From Candidatus Binatia bacterium (GTDB lineage Bacteria > Desulfobacterota > Binatia > Bin18): a DNA stretch of 64,000 nucleotides. Where the stretch lies: contig OY761159.2 of the NCBI GenBank assembly GCA_963664395.2, positions 1,504,001-1,568,000 of the forward strand, given 5' to 3'. The notes under the pieces were generated by a model that saw nothing but the letters and a program-made list of their open reading frames with translations, was not told the origin of the DNA and made no database searches. The position numbers and the translations under genes were made by a program. How positions within the stretch are numbered: the first letter of the stretch is position 1; each line of letters opens with the position of its first letter. Positions 19,586 through 29,381 of this stretch are shown here, piece after piece.

Positions 19586-21343
19586 ATGCAAACAGGAACC
19601 CACCCCGGCCCTTCGACAAGCTCAGGACCACCCCTCCGAAGAGGGGAGCAGGACCTATCCCCTCTTGGGAGGGGTGCCGCGCAAGCGGCGGGGTGGGTTG
19701 TTCCCTTCGTCCGCTGCCGACGTGCCGCCGCCACCGCGCTGACCGCAGCCGTGATGACCCTCATGAGCGTTGCCGGCATTGCCCTGACCTCCGACCATAC
19801 CCATCTGGTTTACCAGCGCGACATCCTCAAGGCCGCGACCGACGCGGCCACCCTGGCCACGACCCGCCACCTGTGGACACTCGGTCAAAATTTGTCCGAT
19901 GAGCAGGTGAAAGCCGCGCTCCTGCCCATAGCCCAGCGCTATATTCTGGCCAATATCCCGGAGAGCCGGCGCGAGCGGGCCACAGAAACGCTGACGGTGA
20001 CGCTGGTGTCAGACCGCACCGCCGGTACGGTGGACATCACTGCCGAAGCCGACCTGGGCGGCATCATTTTCGGGAGTTGGATGTACGGCAATATGGTGCC
20101 GAGCACGCGCGTGGGCAGCCTGTCCGAACTTGAGGTCGCAGACGAAACGACCACCACCACGCCTACTCCCGACACCACGCCTACTCCCGACACCCCGACC
20201 ACCCCCAGCACGCCACCCATGACCGAGTTGGTTCTGGCCATCGATGTCACCGGCTCGATGAGTTCTGATCTCAATGGCAATCGGCCACGTGGGTCAAATC
20301 GGAGCCGCATCGCTATTGTAAAAGCGGCTGCCCAGCAACTCGTCAACACCATTACCACTGATGCCAACGGCACCGTCGCTATCGGAATGGTCCCCTGGGC
20401 CTTCCGGGTGCAATTTGACCAGGCGACACGCACACGATGGGAAGATAACAGTTGGGCGCAGTATCCGACCCGGCGCTACTATCCGAATCCTCATTGGGAA
20501 AGTTGGAAAAAAATACCGAGGAACAGTAACAGAGGCTGGTTCCCGGACCCCCATCTCGTCACTGCCGCGGGCGAGTGGCACGATGTGCCAGCCAAGGGGA
20601 ACAAAGGCTGGCAGGGCTGTGTTGACCAACGCCGGATGTCCGGTAACGACCCGCCCGGCATCTCCGCCGCTCTGCCAACGGTCGAGCCGTTCACTATGGG
20701 ATTTTATTCACCAACCGTAGGGTACCCAAGGGACAGCCCCATATCGCTCCAGTGTGATCAGGCGGACCCCATCTCCAATCGCCCCTCCAGGAGAAAAGAT
20801 GAGTGTTTTACAGGGACCGGACACGCGGCAACCTATAAGCAGACGGCGCAGTTCAACTGTAGTGTCCAGACGATCATGCCGCTGACGACGACTATCAGCG
20901 AAATAACTGGTAAAATCAGTAGCTTAGGAACGGGCGGCTCTGCGACCTATTCAACGCTTGGCGTGGTCTGGGGCCACCGGCTGCTGGCATCGACCTGGCG
21001 CACTATCTGGGGCGACGCGGTGCATCCCGTGAATGCGGCTTCGAACGTACGGAAAATGCTGGTCTTGCTGACCGATGGCGACGACAATCACCTGGACCGG
21101 GAAATTGTGCGGAACCATAGAAGCAAGGCATGTACCGCGGCAAAGGACGCCGGCATTGAGATCATCACCATCTTTGCCGGTGACCCGAGCAGGGATTTGA
21201 AAGACGATTTGCTTGCATGTGCAAGTCCGGCCGGCGAAGACGCCGACGACACGAACTCCTTTACCGGCGAGACGGAAGCGGAGTTGGAAGGCGCTTTTGA
21301 GACGATTGGCCAGCGGTTGCGGCCGTTGCGACTCATGCGCTAA
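19586..21343 (+). CDS. tadG: TadG-like protein with VWA domain
   Basis: LKAATDAATLA Tad motif, VLAIDVTGSM MIDAS, VLLTDGDDN, ACTAAKDAGI. Confidence 0.88.
   Translation: MQTGTHPGPSTSSGPPLRRGEQDLSPLGRGAAQAAGWVVPFVRCRRAAATALTAAVMTLMSVAGIALTSDHTHLVYQRDILKAATDAATLATTRHLWTLGQNLSDEQVKAALLPIAQRYILANIPESRRERATETLTVTLVSDRTAGTVDITAEADLGGIIFGSWMYGNMVPSTRVGSLSELEVADETTTTTPTPDTTPTPDTPTTPSTPPMTELVLAIDVTGSMSSDLNGNRPRGSNRSRIAIVKAAAQQLVNTITTDANGTVAIGMVPWAFRVQFDQATRTRWEDNSWAQYPTRRYYPNPHWESWKKIPRNSNRGWFPDPHLVTAAGEWHDVPAKGNKGWQGCVDQRRMSGNDPPGISAALPTVEPFTMGFYSPTVGYPRDSPISLQCDQADPISNRPSRRKDECFTGTGHAATYKQTAQFNCSVQTIMPLTTTISEITGKISSLGTGGSATYSTLGVVWGHRLLASTWRTIWGDAVHPVNAASNVRKMLVLLTDGDDNHLDREIVRNHRSKACTAAKDAGIEIITIFAGDPSRDLKDDLLACASPAGEDADDTNSFTGETEAELEGAFETIGQRLRPLRLMR
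19597..19699. repeat. Palindromic REP/RPE-like element within the tadG 5' end
   Basis: AACCCACCCCG...CGGGGTGGGTT termini with internal CCCCTC/GAGGGG hairpins; related copy at 24089-24222. Confidence 0.8.
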
Positions 21344-21489
21344 GCGAATCGATTATGCAGTGTTTTGTTTTATGCGGAGGAGAAAAAAGGAGAAAAAGTT
21401 TTGCAGTATCAGCAGATCAATCGAAAAGAAAATTTGGCCCGAAAACGTATTCGTTGACAATAACCCCGAACCGGAGAAAGGAAGAAGAC

Positions 21490-21687
21490 ATGACCACAAT
21501 CGCACGTTACACCAAAAAGTTCGCCCGCTACCTGCGCAACACCCGCGGGGTCTCCGCCCTGGAATACGCTATTCTGGTGGGAGTCATTGCCGTGGCTATT
21601 GCGGCAGCGCTCGGGACATTTAGCGGTCAGATCGGGAAGGCGATGAATACGATCGGAACTGATGTGGGACATTTAAGGCCCAGGTAA
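21490..21687 (+). CDS. flp: Flp family type IVb/c pilin
   Basis: RNTRG|VSALEYAILVGVIAV Flp motif; AGGA RBS. Confidence 0.93.
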   Translation: MTTIARYTKKFARYLRNTRGVSALEYAILVGVIAVAIAAALGTFSGQIGKAMNTIGTDVGHLRPR

Positions 21688-21791
21688 GGCAGATCTCACC
21701 CCTTAAACAAAGTCTGTCGTTCTTCGGCACCGGGCGGTGGGGCGGTTCCGGCGTCGTTGCCTTGCATACTCTGTGCATGTAGTATTGCAGT

Positions 21792-24026
21792 GTGTTAGGT
21801 AGGATACATTCAGAATGTCGGCGTGTGCTGGGGCTGCTCGTTGTCGGCATACTCATTGCCGGCAGCCCCGGCTACGGCCAGGAGCCGGACCCCGGAGCAA
21901 CCCCGGCGGTCCCGGTTCCCAACGGCAGTGGACCCGAAGTCGTGCCCATCGTGACGCGCGCCGGGGCGCATGACGATTTTGGACGCATTGTGTTCGATTG
22001 GCCGTGGACCGTGGCCTACGGCGCACAGATAGAGGGGAAAACGCTGACTGTCATGTTCGACCGCCATTTGCACACCACATTTCAGGAGATTTCACGTAAT
22101 CTTGGTGCGTATATCACTGACGTAGAACTCGGCCCCGACGGCCAGAGCGTGATCGCCTCGCTGACCGACGAGTACCGGCTGCGCACCTTTATTCTCAATA
22201 ATAGCGAGAATGAGGGCGTCAAGGTGGTCGTTGACCTGCTTGCCGATGGAGGGGCAGGCCCTATACGGCTTGCCCAGGCTCCCGTCCTCCCCTTGCCGGA
22301 GCCGTCTCCTGAGGCCGTCCCCGGAGATGTACCCTCCCCCTCCATCTCCGGGGATTCTCCCCTTCCTCCCAGCCTCCCCTTCGCTGCTGAGGCAGCAGCC
22401 GAGCCGACTTCCGAAGACACACCCCCGGCAGAAGCTGAAGCTGCCCCCGTGGACGTACCCCTCCCTCTCCCTGAGGGAGAAGCTGAAGCTGTTCCCCCAG
22501 CCGAAACCGTCAAAGCCGAAGCTGCCCCGCTCCCAGGGGGAGAAACTGTTCCACCCTCTCCCCCTGGTGAGCCCGCGGACGTACCCCCTGTGAAAGCAGA
22601 CGAGGCTATGCCCCCGGCAGAAACCGAAGTCGGAGCAGACCTTCTCCCAGAGGGTGAGGGTTCCGAGCCTGCCACCGTGGGCGTGCCTCCAACCGAAACA
22701 GAAGCCGCGCCCCCGGCAGAAGCTGCACCCGCAACCAAAGACACTGCCCCGGTCACGACCGACCCAACCCCCGAATCCCTAACCCCCAACCCCCAAATCC
22801 CCACCCTGCCCGTCTCTGTGCGTATTCCCGTCTCTCAGAGCCGACTCTTCCGACTCGACACGCCGGTTGCTTCGGTCTTTGTGGCCAATCCGGACATCGC
22901 GGATGTGCAGCTTGTCTCATCCGGCGTGCTGTTCGTAGTCGGCAAGGCCGTTGGTCGGACGTCGGTGGCCGCACTCGATGCCGACAGCGAGTTGGTTGGC
23001 CAGTGGACCATAGCCACGGTCCTTGATATCCAGCCGGCCCGGGCCGCGATTGAGGGCGTGCCCGCGCTCAAAAACGTCGTTGTCCGCCAACTCAACCGAG
23101 GGGTCGAACTCAGCGGTACGGTGGCATCCATCGCCACGGCCGACCTGGCCCTGCGGCTGACGACAACCGCTCTCCCGGAAGAGACGCCGGTCGAAAACCG
23201 CATCAGCGTGACGGGCAAACAGCAGGTCAACCTCGAAGTGCAGATCGCCGAAGTACAGCGCAGCGTCAGCGAAACCCTGGGGTTCAACTGGGAAGTGTTG
23301 CCGGATATCGGTGTCGGGCGTGGCCTCGGGATGCGGGTCGGTCGCTTCTTCTTCAGCGAGGCGACCGGATTCATCTCGCAGGGCTTGCCCGGAGGACGAG
23401 CCGCAGCGCTGTTCGGTAGCACCGGTATCAGTCCCGGTAGAACAACGGTGCAGGGCCTGATAGACGCGCTGGCCACCGCCGGCTTGGCGACGATACTGGC
23501 ACGGCCCAACGTGACTGCTATTTCGGGCGAGACGGCCAGCTTTTTTTCCGGCGGGGAATACCCCCTGCCCTCGGGCTTTGAGGACGGCGCAATTATTTTC
23601 GAATACAAGAAATACGGCGTACTGCTGGACTTTGTGCCAACGATTATTGACAACGAGCGCATTATGCTGACCGTGCGCCCGGAGGTGTCGCAGCGCTCGG
23701 AGACCGAATCGCTCAAAGTCGTCGGAATCGATATCCCGGTCATCAATGTCCGTCGGGCCGAGACCACGGTTGAGGTTGGCGACGGCGAGTCCATCGTGAT
23801 TGCCGGGCTATACCGCGACCAGAGCCAAGCGGTCGAATCCGGCCTGCCGGTCATCAAGGATATTCCGTTGTTGGGCATGCTGTTCGGCACACAGTCGGTC
23901 CGCTCGAACGCCACCGAACTGATTGTTGTTGTCACGGCGCGGCTGACCACCGCAACGACCATGCCCCGCACGACAGACCGAGACCGCCAACTGCCCGGTC
24001 GCCGTTTGCGCGGCTATCATTACTGA
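21792..24026 (+). CDS. rcpA: RcpA/CpaC secretin with long N-terminal extension
   Basis: VFVANPDIADV, QVNLEVQIAEV, SGETASFFSGGEYP, RRAETTVE and GLPVIKDIPLLGMLF motifs; start uncertain. Confidence 0.9.
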   Translation: MLGRIHSECRRVLGLLVVGILIAGSPGYGQEPDPGATPAVPVPNGSGPEVVPIVTRAGAHDDFGRIVFDWPWTVAYGAQIEGKTLTVMFDRHLHTTFQEISRNLGAYITDVELGPDGQSVIASLTDEYRLRTFILNNSENEGVKVVVDLLADGGAGPIRLAQAPVLPLPEPSPEAVPGDVPSPSISGDSPLPPSLPFAAEAAAEPTSEDTPPAEAEAAPVDVPLPLPEGEAEAVPPAETVKAEAAPLPGGETVPPSPPGEPADVPPVKADEAMPPAETEVGADLLPEGEGSEPATVGVPPTETEAAPPAEAAPATKDTAPVTTDPTPESLTPNPQIPTLPVSVRIPVSQSRLFRLDTPVASVFVANPDIADVQLVSSGVLFVVGKAVGRTSVAALDADSELVGQWTIATVLDIQPARAAIEGVPALKNVVVRQLNRGVELSGTVASIATADLALRLTTTALPEETPVENRISVTGKQQVNLEVQIAEVQRSVSETLGFNWEVLPDIGVGRGLGMRVGRFFFSEATGFISQGLPGGRAAALFGSTGISPGRTTVQGLIDALATAGLATILARPNVTAISGETASFFSGGEYPLPSGFEDGAIIFEYKKYGVLLDFVPTIIDNERIMLTVRPEVSQRSETESLKVVGIDIPVINVRRAETTVEVGDGESIVIAGLYRDQSQAVESGLPVIKDIPLLGMLFGTQSVRSNATELIVVVTARLTTATTMPRTTDRDRQLPGRRLRGYHY

Positions 24027-24042
24027 GGCGAGGAGAACTCCC

Positions 24043-24531
24043 ATGAACATGCTTTGGCCTGACTCACTGTTGCCGCTTGCCAGGGGAGGAACCCACCCCG
24101 CCGCTGACGCGGCACCCCTCCCAAGAGGGGATATGTGCTCTTCCCCTAACGCGGTACCCCTCCCGCGAAGGGATGTTCTGCTCCCCTCCTTGGAGGGGTG
24201 GCCCGAAGGGCCGGGGTGGGTTCCTTGTTGCGTCATACTTCCCATCCTGCTGGCTATAGCTTTGGTCGGCGCCGGGTGCGCCGTGGTGCCACTGTCAATA
24301 CACCAAACCCTGCCACCCACCCGCATGGCGCTGTCCAGCCTCGAAGGGGCGCAGCGCAGCCTGGACGACATTAGAACGGATTATGAGAACAGCCTTGAAA
24401 CGGCCCCGGCCGAGCGGCCGGTCGCGGCCTATGGGGCGACCCACGGAGCCTATCAGCGCTGGGTGACGGACGAAGTGCGCGAGCTGCCGTCCGTATCGCA
24501 AACCATCGCTATCGGAGGTGGCGATACCTAG
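24043..24531 (+). CDS. Small Tad-associated lipoprotein (CpaD/RcpB position)
   Basis: Hydrophobic stretch plus lipobox VGAGC; GAGGAG RBS; lies between the secretin and cpaE. Confidence 0.6.
   Translation: MNMLWPDSLLPLARGGTHPAADAAPLPRGDMCSSPNAVPLPRRDVLLPSLEGWPEGPGWVPCCVILPILLAIALVGAGCAVVPLSIHQTLPPTRMALSSLEGAQRSLDDIRTDYENSLETAPAERPVAAYGATHGAYQRWVTDEVRELPSVSQTIAIGGGDT
24089..24222. repeat. Palindromic REP/RPE-like element (opposite orientation to the tadG copy) within the lipoprotein 5' end
   Basis: Reverse complement shares AACCCACCCCGGCCCTTCG, CCACCCCTCC..GAGGGGAGCAG and TATCCCCTCTTGGGAGGGGTGCCGCG..AGCGGCGGGGTGGGTT with 19597-19699. Confidence 0.8.
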
Positions 24532-24682
24532 AGCAATTTACGATTCTGTCTAGCCAGCCCCTTCCGTCATTCCGGCGAAAGCGGGAATCCAGGCTCCAGG
24601 CTCCCCGCCTCTGGATGCCGGATCAAGTCCGGCATGACGAGCGCATAACAGCATGGCTACAGCTTAACGTGAAACGCCCTAG
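24528..24682. mobile_element. MITE-like element with CTAG ends enclosing a REP-like hairpin pair
   Basis: Imperfect terminal IRs CTAGAGCAATTTACG / CGTGAAACGCCCTAG; inner CGTCATTCCGGCGAAAGCGGGAATCCAG...CTGGATGCCGGATCAAGTCCGGCATGACG. Confidence 0.65.
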
Positions 24683-24702
24683 GGCACGAGGAAACGCCGT
24701 CC

Positions 24703-25855
24703 ATGGAAGCGACCGAAACCAGCAATATCCTCGCCTTTGCGGTTGACGCCGAAACCGAACGGGTGCTGAAAGGGGCGCTGGCCGGGCGTGGGGCCCAGGT
24801 GCGGCGCGGTGATGTCTCCGAAGCCATTAAAACGCTGAGTTCCGCGGCATCACCCCGGCTACTGTTCGTTGACCTGGACGGCGCCGAGTTTCCGGTCGGG
24901 CGGATTCACGAGTTGGCCTCGGTGTGCGAATTCGGGACCGCGGTCATTGCCGTCAGCTCGAATGATACGGCCCGCTTCACCCGCGAACTGCTGGCCTGCG
25001 GAGTCAACGACTATCTGCCCAAACCCCTGACGGTCAGTGATATTCATGACGCGGTGACCACGGCGCTCAGGGACGAGGAGGACGTGGCCGCCCGCCTGTA
25101 CGCCGGACGGGTGATTGCGTTTGCCGGTTGCGGCGGCAGCGGCGCCACTACCCTGGCTGCGCTGACGGCTCTGACCGCAGCGGCCCAGGGCAGCTATGTG
25201 TCGGTGCTGGACCTGGAGCGGACCTCCGGGGCCCTGCTGCTGATGCTGGACGTTGAGCCCGCGGTAGGGTTTGACGAGTTGCTCGACCTTGGCGGCCAAG
25301 CCGGACCCGGACCCGAGCCTGATTGACGGGGTGCAGACTCGTGTGGCCCCAAGAATCTCGGTCTACGGCTACCGGGCGAGCGACAGCCTGCCGGCCCCGC
25401 CGGCGGCTGAGGCCGTCCAATGGCTGATGGAACAGCTCGCCAACCGCTCCCACCTTGTCATTGTGGACGGCCTGACGGATACCGATCTGCTGTTCTCTGT
25501 GCTGGCAAGCGCGGACGAACGGGTGCTGGTCTTTGAACCGACCCTGGTCAGTCTCAACCGGGTCATCCGCCGCATGGCGCTGCTCGGCAGGGACAACTGG
25601 GGCCTGCTGGTCGAAAACCACACCAGGGCGCGTAAGAGCACACTGTCTGCGGAGGATATTCGTTATACCCTGGCCGGGCGTGAGCCGGATGTGACCATGC
25701 CGTTCGAGCCCGGTCTACCGGCGGCAACCAACTACGGCCTGCCGGAACGGGATTTCAGCAAAAAATACCGCAAAGCCCTGGACGACCTGACCGGTCGTCT
25801 GACCCGCCCGGCCGTCTCGCTGGCCGACGCCGTACAGTACGACACCCAATTCTAA
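24703..25855 (+). pseudogene. cpaE: CpaE/TadZ (receiver + MinD-like ATPase), split by a +1 frameshift near 25290
   Basis: First frame carries the REC domain (LLFVDLD, DYLPKP), GCGGSGATT and VLDLE; the MinD-like C-half continues in ORF 25271-25855. May be an assembly error. Confidence 0.8.
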
Positions 25856-25871
25856 GGCAAAGAGTATCCAT

Positions 25872-27329
25872 ATGCCACGCAATCTTTTCGGACGCCGCCC
25901 GAAACCGACCGTCCAACAGCCCGCTCCGGCGCAGGCTACCAATAATCCGCCCGGCCCAACGGCGTCTGCCCCACAGACCAAAGCGCATCAGGAGCAGCTC
26001 ATAGCGGCCGCGGTTGCCGGGGCGTCCGAGCCCACCGCACTGACACGTCGCCAGACCTCGGACGGGCTGATCGCCGATATGGCGGCAAAGATTCACCCGA
26101 CCGTTGTGCAGTCTCTCGATATGTCCAAGGCGGCCGACCTGAGCCGGGACGAACTGGCCGTTCAACTCCAGTCCTTTCTCGACACCGAAGACTCGATTGC
26201 CTCGGACCTGACCCCGCTGGACCGCCGGCGGGTGGTCCAGCGACTGGTGGATGACATCAAGGGCCTCGGCCCGCTGGAGCCGCTGTTCAATGACCCGCAT
26301 ATCTCCGACATCCTGGTTAATGGGCTCAAATCGGTCTACGTCGAACGCAAGGGCAAGCTGGAGCAGGTGGACATTCGGTTCCGGGACGAGCAGCACTTGC
26401 TCAATATCGCCCAGCGTATCGCCGGTTGGGTCGGGCGGCGGGTTGACGAGGCCAGCCCTATGGTAGACGCCCGCCTGCCCGACGGTAGCCGCGTGAACAT
26501 CATCATTCCGCCGCTGGCGATTGACGGCGCCACCTTCTCCATCCGGCGTTTCGTGGCTCGTGGTATCAGCCTGGCAGACCTGGCCGAGCGCAACGCCTTT
26601 AACCCGGCAATGGGCCAGCTGCTCCAGATTTGTGCCAAAGCCCGGCTGAATATCCTGGTTTCCGGTGGTACGGGTGCCGGCAAAACCACCTTTCTGAACG
26701 CCCTGTCGCGCGAGATCAGCACCACCGAGCGGCTGGTGACGATAGAAGATTCGGCGGAGTTGCAGCTTCAGCAGCCGCATGTGGTCCGGCTGGAAACGCG
26801 CACGAAAAGCGTAGAGGGCTCGGGCGAGGTGAGCATCCGCGACCTGCTGGTCAACGCCCTGCGAATGCGGCCCGACCGGATCATCGTGGGTGAGGTGCGT
26901 GGCGGCGAGGCCAACGAGATGCTGCAAGCCATGAATACCGGCCATCCGGGCTCGATGTGTACCATCCACGCCAATAATCCGCGCGACGCGTTGATGCGGC
27001 TTGAAAACATGCTAATGCAGTCCTCGGGTGATATGCCGCTGACGGCCATGCGCCGCCAGATTGTATCGGCCGTTGATCTTGTCATTCAGTTGGCCCGGCT
27101 GCGCTCCGGTCACCGCTGTGTGACCAGCATTACTGATGTGGTCGGGATGGAGGGCGATATTGTCACCACCGAGGAAATGTGGCGCCGCCTGCCGGGCGAA
27201 GAGCATACTTTTGAGAATACCGGCCGCCAACCGTCCTGGATGGCCGCGGTGGACGCGGCGGGGCTGCGCGCTGAGTTGCTTGAGGTACTCCAGATGAGCA
27301 ACGCGAGAAACGTGGAGGCCGCGGCATGA
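25872..27329 (+). CDS. cpaF: CpaF/TadA pilus assembly ATPase
   Basis: [47 protein letters not shown] and AMNTGH motifs. Confidence 0.96.
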   Translation: MPRNLFGRRPKPTVQQPAPAQATNNPPGPTASAPQTKAHQEQLIAAAVAGASEPTALTRRQTSDGLIADMAAKIHPTVVQSLDMSKAADLSRDELAVQLQSFLDTEDSIASDLTPLDRRRVVQRLVDDIKGLGPLEPLFNDPHISDILVNGLKSVYVERKGKLEQVDIRFRDEQHLLNIAQRIAGWVGRRVDEASPMVDARLPDGSRVNIIIPPLAIDGATFSIRRFVARGISLADLAERNAFNPAMGQLLQICAKARLNILVSGGTGAGKTTFLNALSREISTTERLVTIEDSAELQLQQPHVVRLETRTKSVEGSGEVSIRDLLVNALRMRPDRIIVGEVRGGEANEMLQAMNTGHPGSMCTIHANNPRDALMRLENMLMQSSGDMPLTAMRRQIVSAVDLVIQLARLRSGHRCVTSITDVVGMEGDIVTTEEMWRRLPGEEHTFENTGRQPSWMAAVDAAGLRAELLEVLQMSNARNVEAAA

Positions 27330-28360
27330 ACATGACCCTGACGATGCTGGTCTGCGTGGCCGGGGTGATCATTCCCGGCATCCTGGCCCTGCTCATTCTC
27401 GGTAACCCGCTGCTGAGCATGGCGATTTCCCTGTCCGCACTTCTGATTGAGATCCCCTGCGTTTATCTGGTGGTGATCATCTGGCCCCAACAGCGGGAGT
27501 TGAAACGCCGGCTGAACCGGGTCGCGGCGGCGCTCAAGGGCGGCACGCTGCCGGACGCCAGCACTGGTGACAGCGTCAGTGTTTTCCGCGCGCAACGGAG
27601 CAAGTCGCGGCTGGTTGAAAGGCTGGAGCACAAATTCCCCATGATTGACGTTCGGAAGGTGCTGCCCAAGGCGGTTGGGCTAGGCGTATTGGGCATGGTG
27701 GCGGCTTGGCTGGGTGCGGCATTTACCGGTTTCGGGCTGTTCGCCGTTTTGCTCCTGGTGCCGGTCAGCGGGCTGGGGTGTAGCTGGGCGGTGCTGGCCA
27801 TGCAGGACGCCGGCCAGCGCAACGAGTTCACCAAGATATTTCCCGAGACCACCGACCAGGTGGTGCGCCTGGTACGGGCCGGCGTTCCGTCAATGGAGGC
27901 TATTTCGATTGTGGCCCAGGAGGCCCCGCCGCCGGTCGGCGGGATCATGCGTGAAGTAGCCTCGGTGGTAGCAGCCGGGCTGGACCCGGAAACCGCCATT
28001 CGCAGTGCTGCGGCGCGCGTCCGTATTCCCGCGTTCTCCCTCTTCTCTGCCGCAGTCTGCTTGCAGATGACGACCGGAGGCGGCATTTCGGGCGCGCTCG
28101 GCAATCTTTCGACTACTCTGCGCGCCCGCTACGATATCACGCTCAAGGCCAAGAGTTCGACGGCTCAGACCCGGCTGACCCTGGCAATCATCTCGCTGGT
28201 GCCGGTCGTGGTGCTGGCCACCCAGAACTTTACCAATCCGCAGACCATTGAAACCTTGTTTTACACTGAGTCAGGCGGCAGCCTGCTCCGCTACGGGGTC
28301 GGCCTTATTCTGAGCGGGCTGCTAGTCGCCCGCAGCCTGTCCGCCGGAATCGGGCGGTAG
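27326..28360 (+). CDS. tadB: TadB inner-membrane platform protein
   Basis: T2SSF-like domain (RLVRAG..., QMTTGGG...L.NL) following cpaF. Confidence 0.88.
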   Translation: MNMTLTMLVCVAGVIIPGILALLILGNPLLSMAISLSALLIEIPCVYLVVIIWPQQRELKRRLNRVAAALKGGTLPDASTGDSVSVFRAQRSKSRLVERLEHKFPMIDVRKVLPKAVGLGVLGMVAAWLGAAFTGFGLFAVLLLVPVSGLGCSWAVLAMQDAGQRNEFTKIFPETTDQVVRLVRAGVPSMEAISIVAQEAPPPVGGIMREVASVVAAGLDPETAIRSAAARVRIPAFSLFSAAVCLQMTTGGGISGALGNLSTTLRARYDITLKAKSSTAQTRLTLAIISLVPVVVLATQNFTNPQTIETLFYTESGGSLLRYGVGLILSGLLVARSLSAGIGR

Positions 28361-28382
28361 GCATGCAGGAGGGAGAACAGCA

Positions 28383-29348
28383 ATGATGTTCTGGCTCGTC
28401 GTCATCACAACGCTCACTTGCATGGCGGTTGCCAGCGTGATGGTCTTTCGCGGCACTCGAAATGCCCAGATGATGGACCGTCGGCTCGCCAGAGTGCGGG
28501 CGTGGGCCGTGGCAGTCTATGGCGAACCGCAGAAACGGCGCAAACAGGAAGGTGGCGGCTTTTCTCTGCGTCTGCTGTCGTCCGCTCTCCTGAATGTTTC
28601 GTCCCGATTGGTTCCGGTCGGTGCGGCAGAGCGGGCCAAGCTGAAAGACTTGGTCATGAAGGCGGGTTTTCACCGGCCCGACGCCTTGTCGATATTCATG
28701 ACGGTCAAGCTCGTCGTTACCCTGGCTAGCGGCACTCTGCTGGGATTCCAGATAGCGACGGGACAGTGGCTGGGGGAATACACCTCAACGCCGACCATCC
28801 TGCTGGCCGGTCTGGCCGGTGCGGTCATGGGCGGGATTTTGCCCGAGATGTGCTTGGACCGCCTCAGCGTCCGCCGGCAACGCCGGATGGCTACGACGCT
28901 GCCGGACGCCCTGGACCTGATGACGCTCTGCCTTGAATCCGGGTTGACCTTTGAGCGTACTCTGTCTCGGGTGGTGCAGGAGCTCGAATCCATGGCGCCC
29001 GACCTGGCGCGCGAGTTCGCCCAAGCCGAGGTAGAACTGCGGCTCGGCACCGACCGCAAGAAGGCACTGAACGACCTGCATGTCCGCACCGGGGTGGAGG
29101 GTCTGCGCGACCTGTCCACGGTTATCACTCAGGGCGAGCGCTATGGGACGCCGCTGGCCCAATCCATGAGGAATATCGCCCACAGCGAACGGCAGCAGCG
29201 TGCGGCCCGGATTGAGGCTCAGGTTGCTCGTCTACCGGTGCTGATGAGCATGCCCATGCTGCTGCTGGTGACGCCGGGGACCCTGCTGCTGGTTGCGGGA
29301 CCGGCCTTTGTCTCGACCATGGAGATGCTGGGCAATTTGGGCAAATAA
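28383..29348 (+). CDS. tadC: TadC inner-membrane platform protein
   Basis: LPDALDLMTLCLESG, QGERYGTPLAQSMR and C-terminal AGPA motifs. Confidence 0.9.
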   Translation: MMFWLVVITTLTCMAVASVMVFRGTRNAQMMDRRLARVRAWAVAVYGEPQKRRKQEGGGFSLRLLSSALLNVSSRLVPVGAAERAKLKDLVMKAGFHRPDALSIFMTVKLVVTLASGTLLGFQIATGQWLGEYTSTPTILLAGLAGAVMGGILPEMCLDRLSVRRQRRMATTLPDALDLMTLCLESGLTFERTLSRVVQELESMAPDLAREFAQAEVELRLGTDRKKALNDLHVRTGVEGLRDLSTVITQGERYGTPLAQSMRNIAHSERQQRAARIEAQVARLPVLMSMPMLLLVTPGTLLLVAGPAFVSTMEMLGNLGK

Positions 29349-29381
29349 CGCCTGGGCAAATAACGGGCGATACCTGCGGGT

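Noticed and set aside
21433-21450. Possible sigma-54 promoter before flp (TTGGCCCG...)
   Set aside because: The -12 TTGC element is missing at the required spacing.
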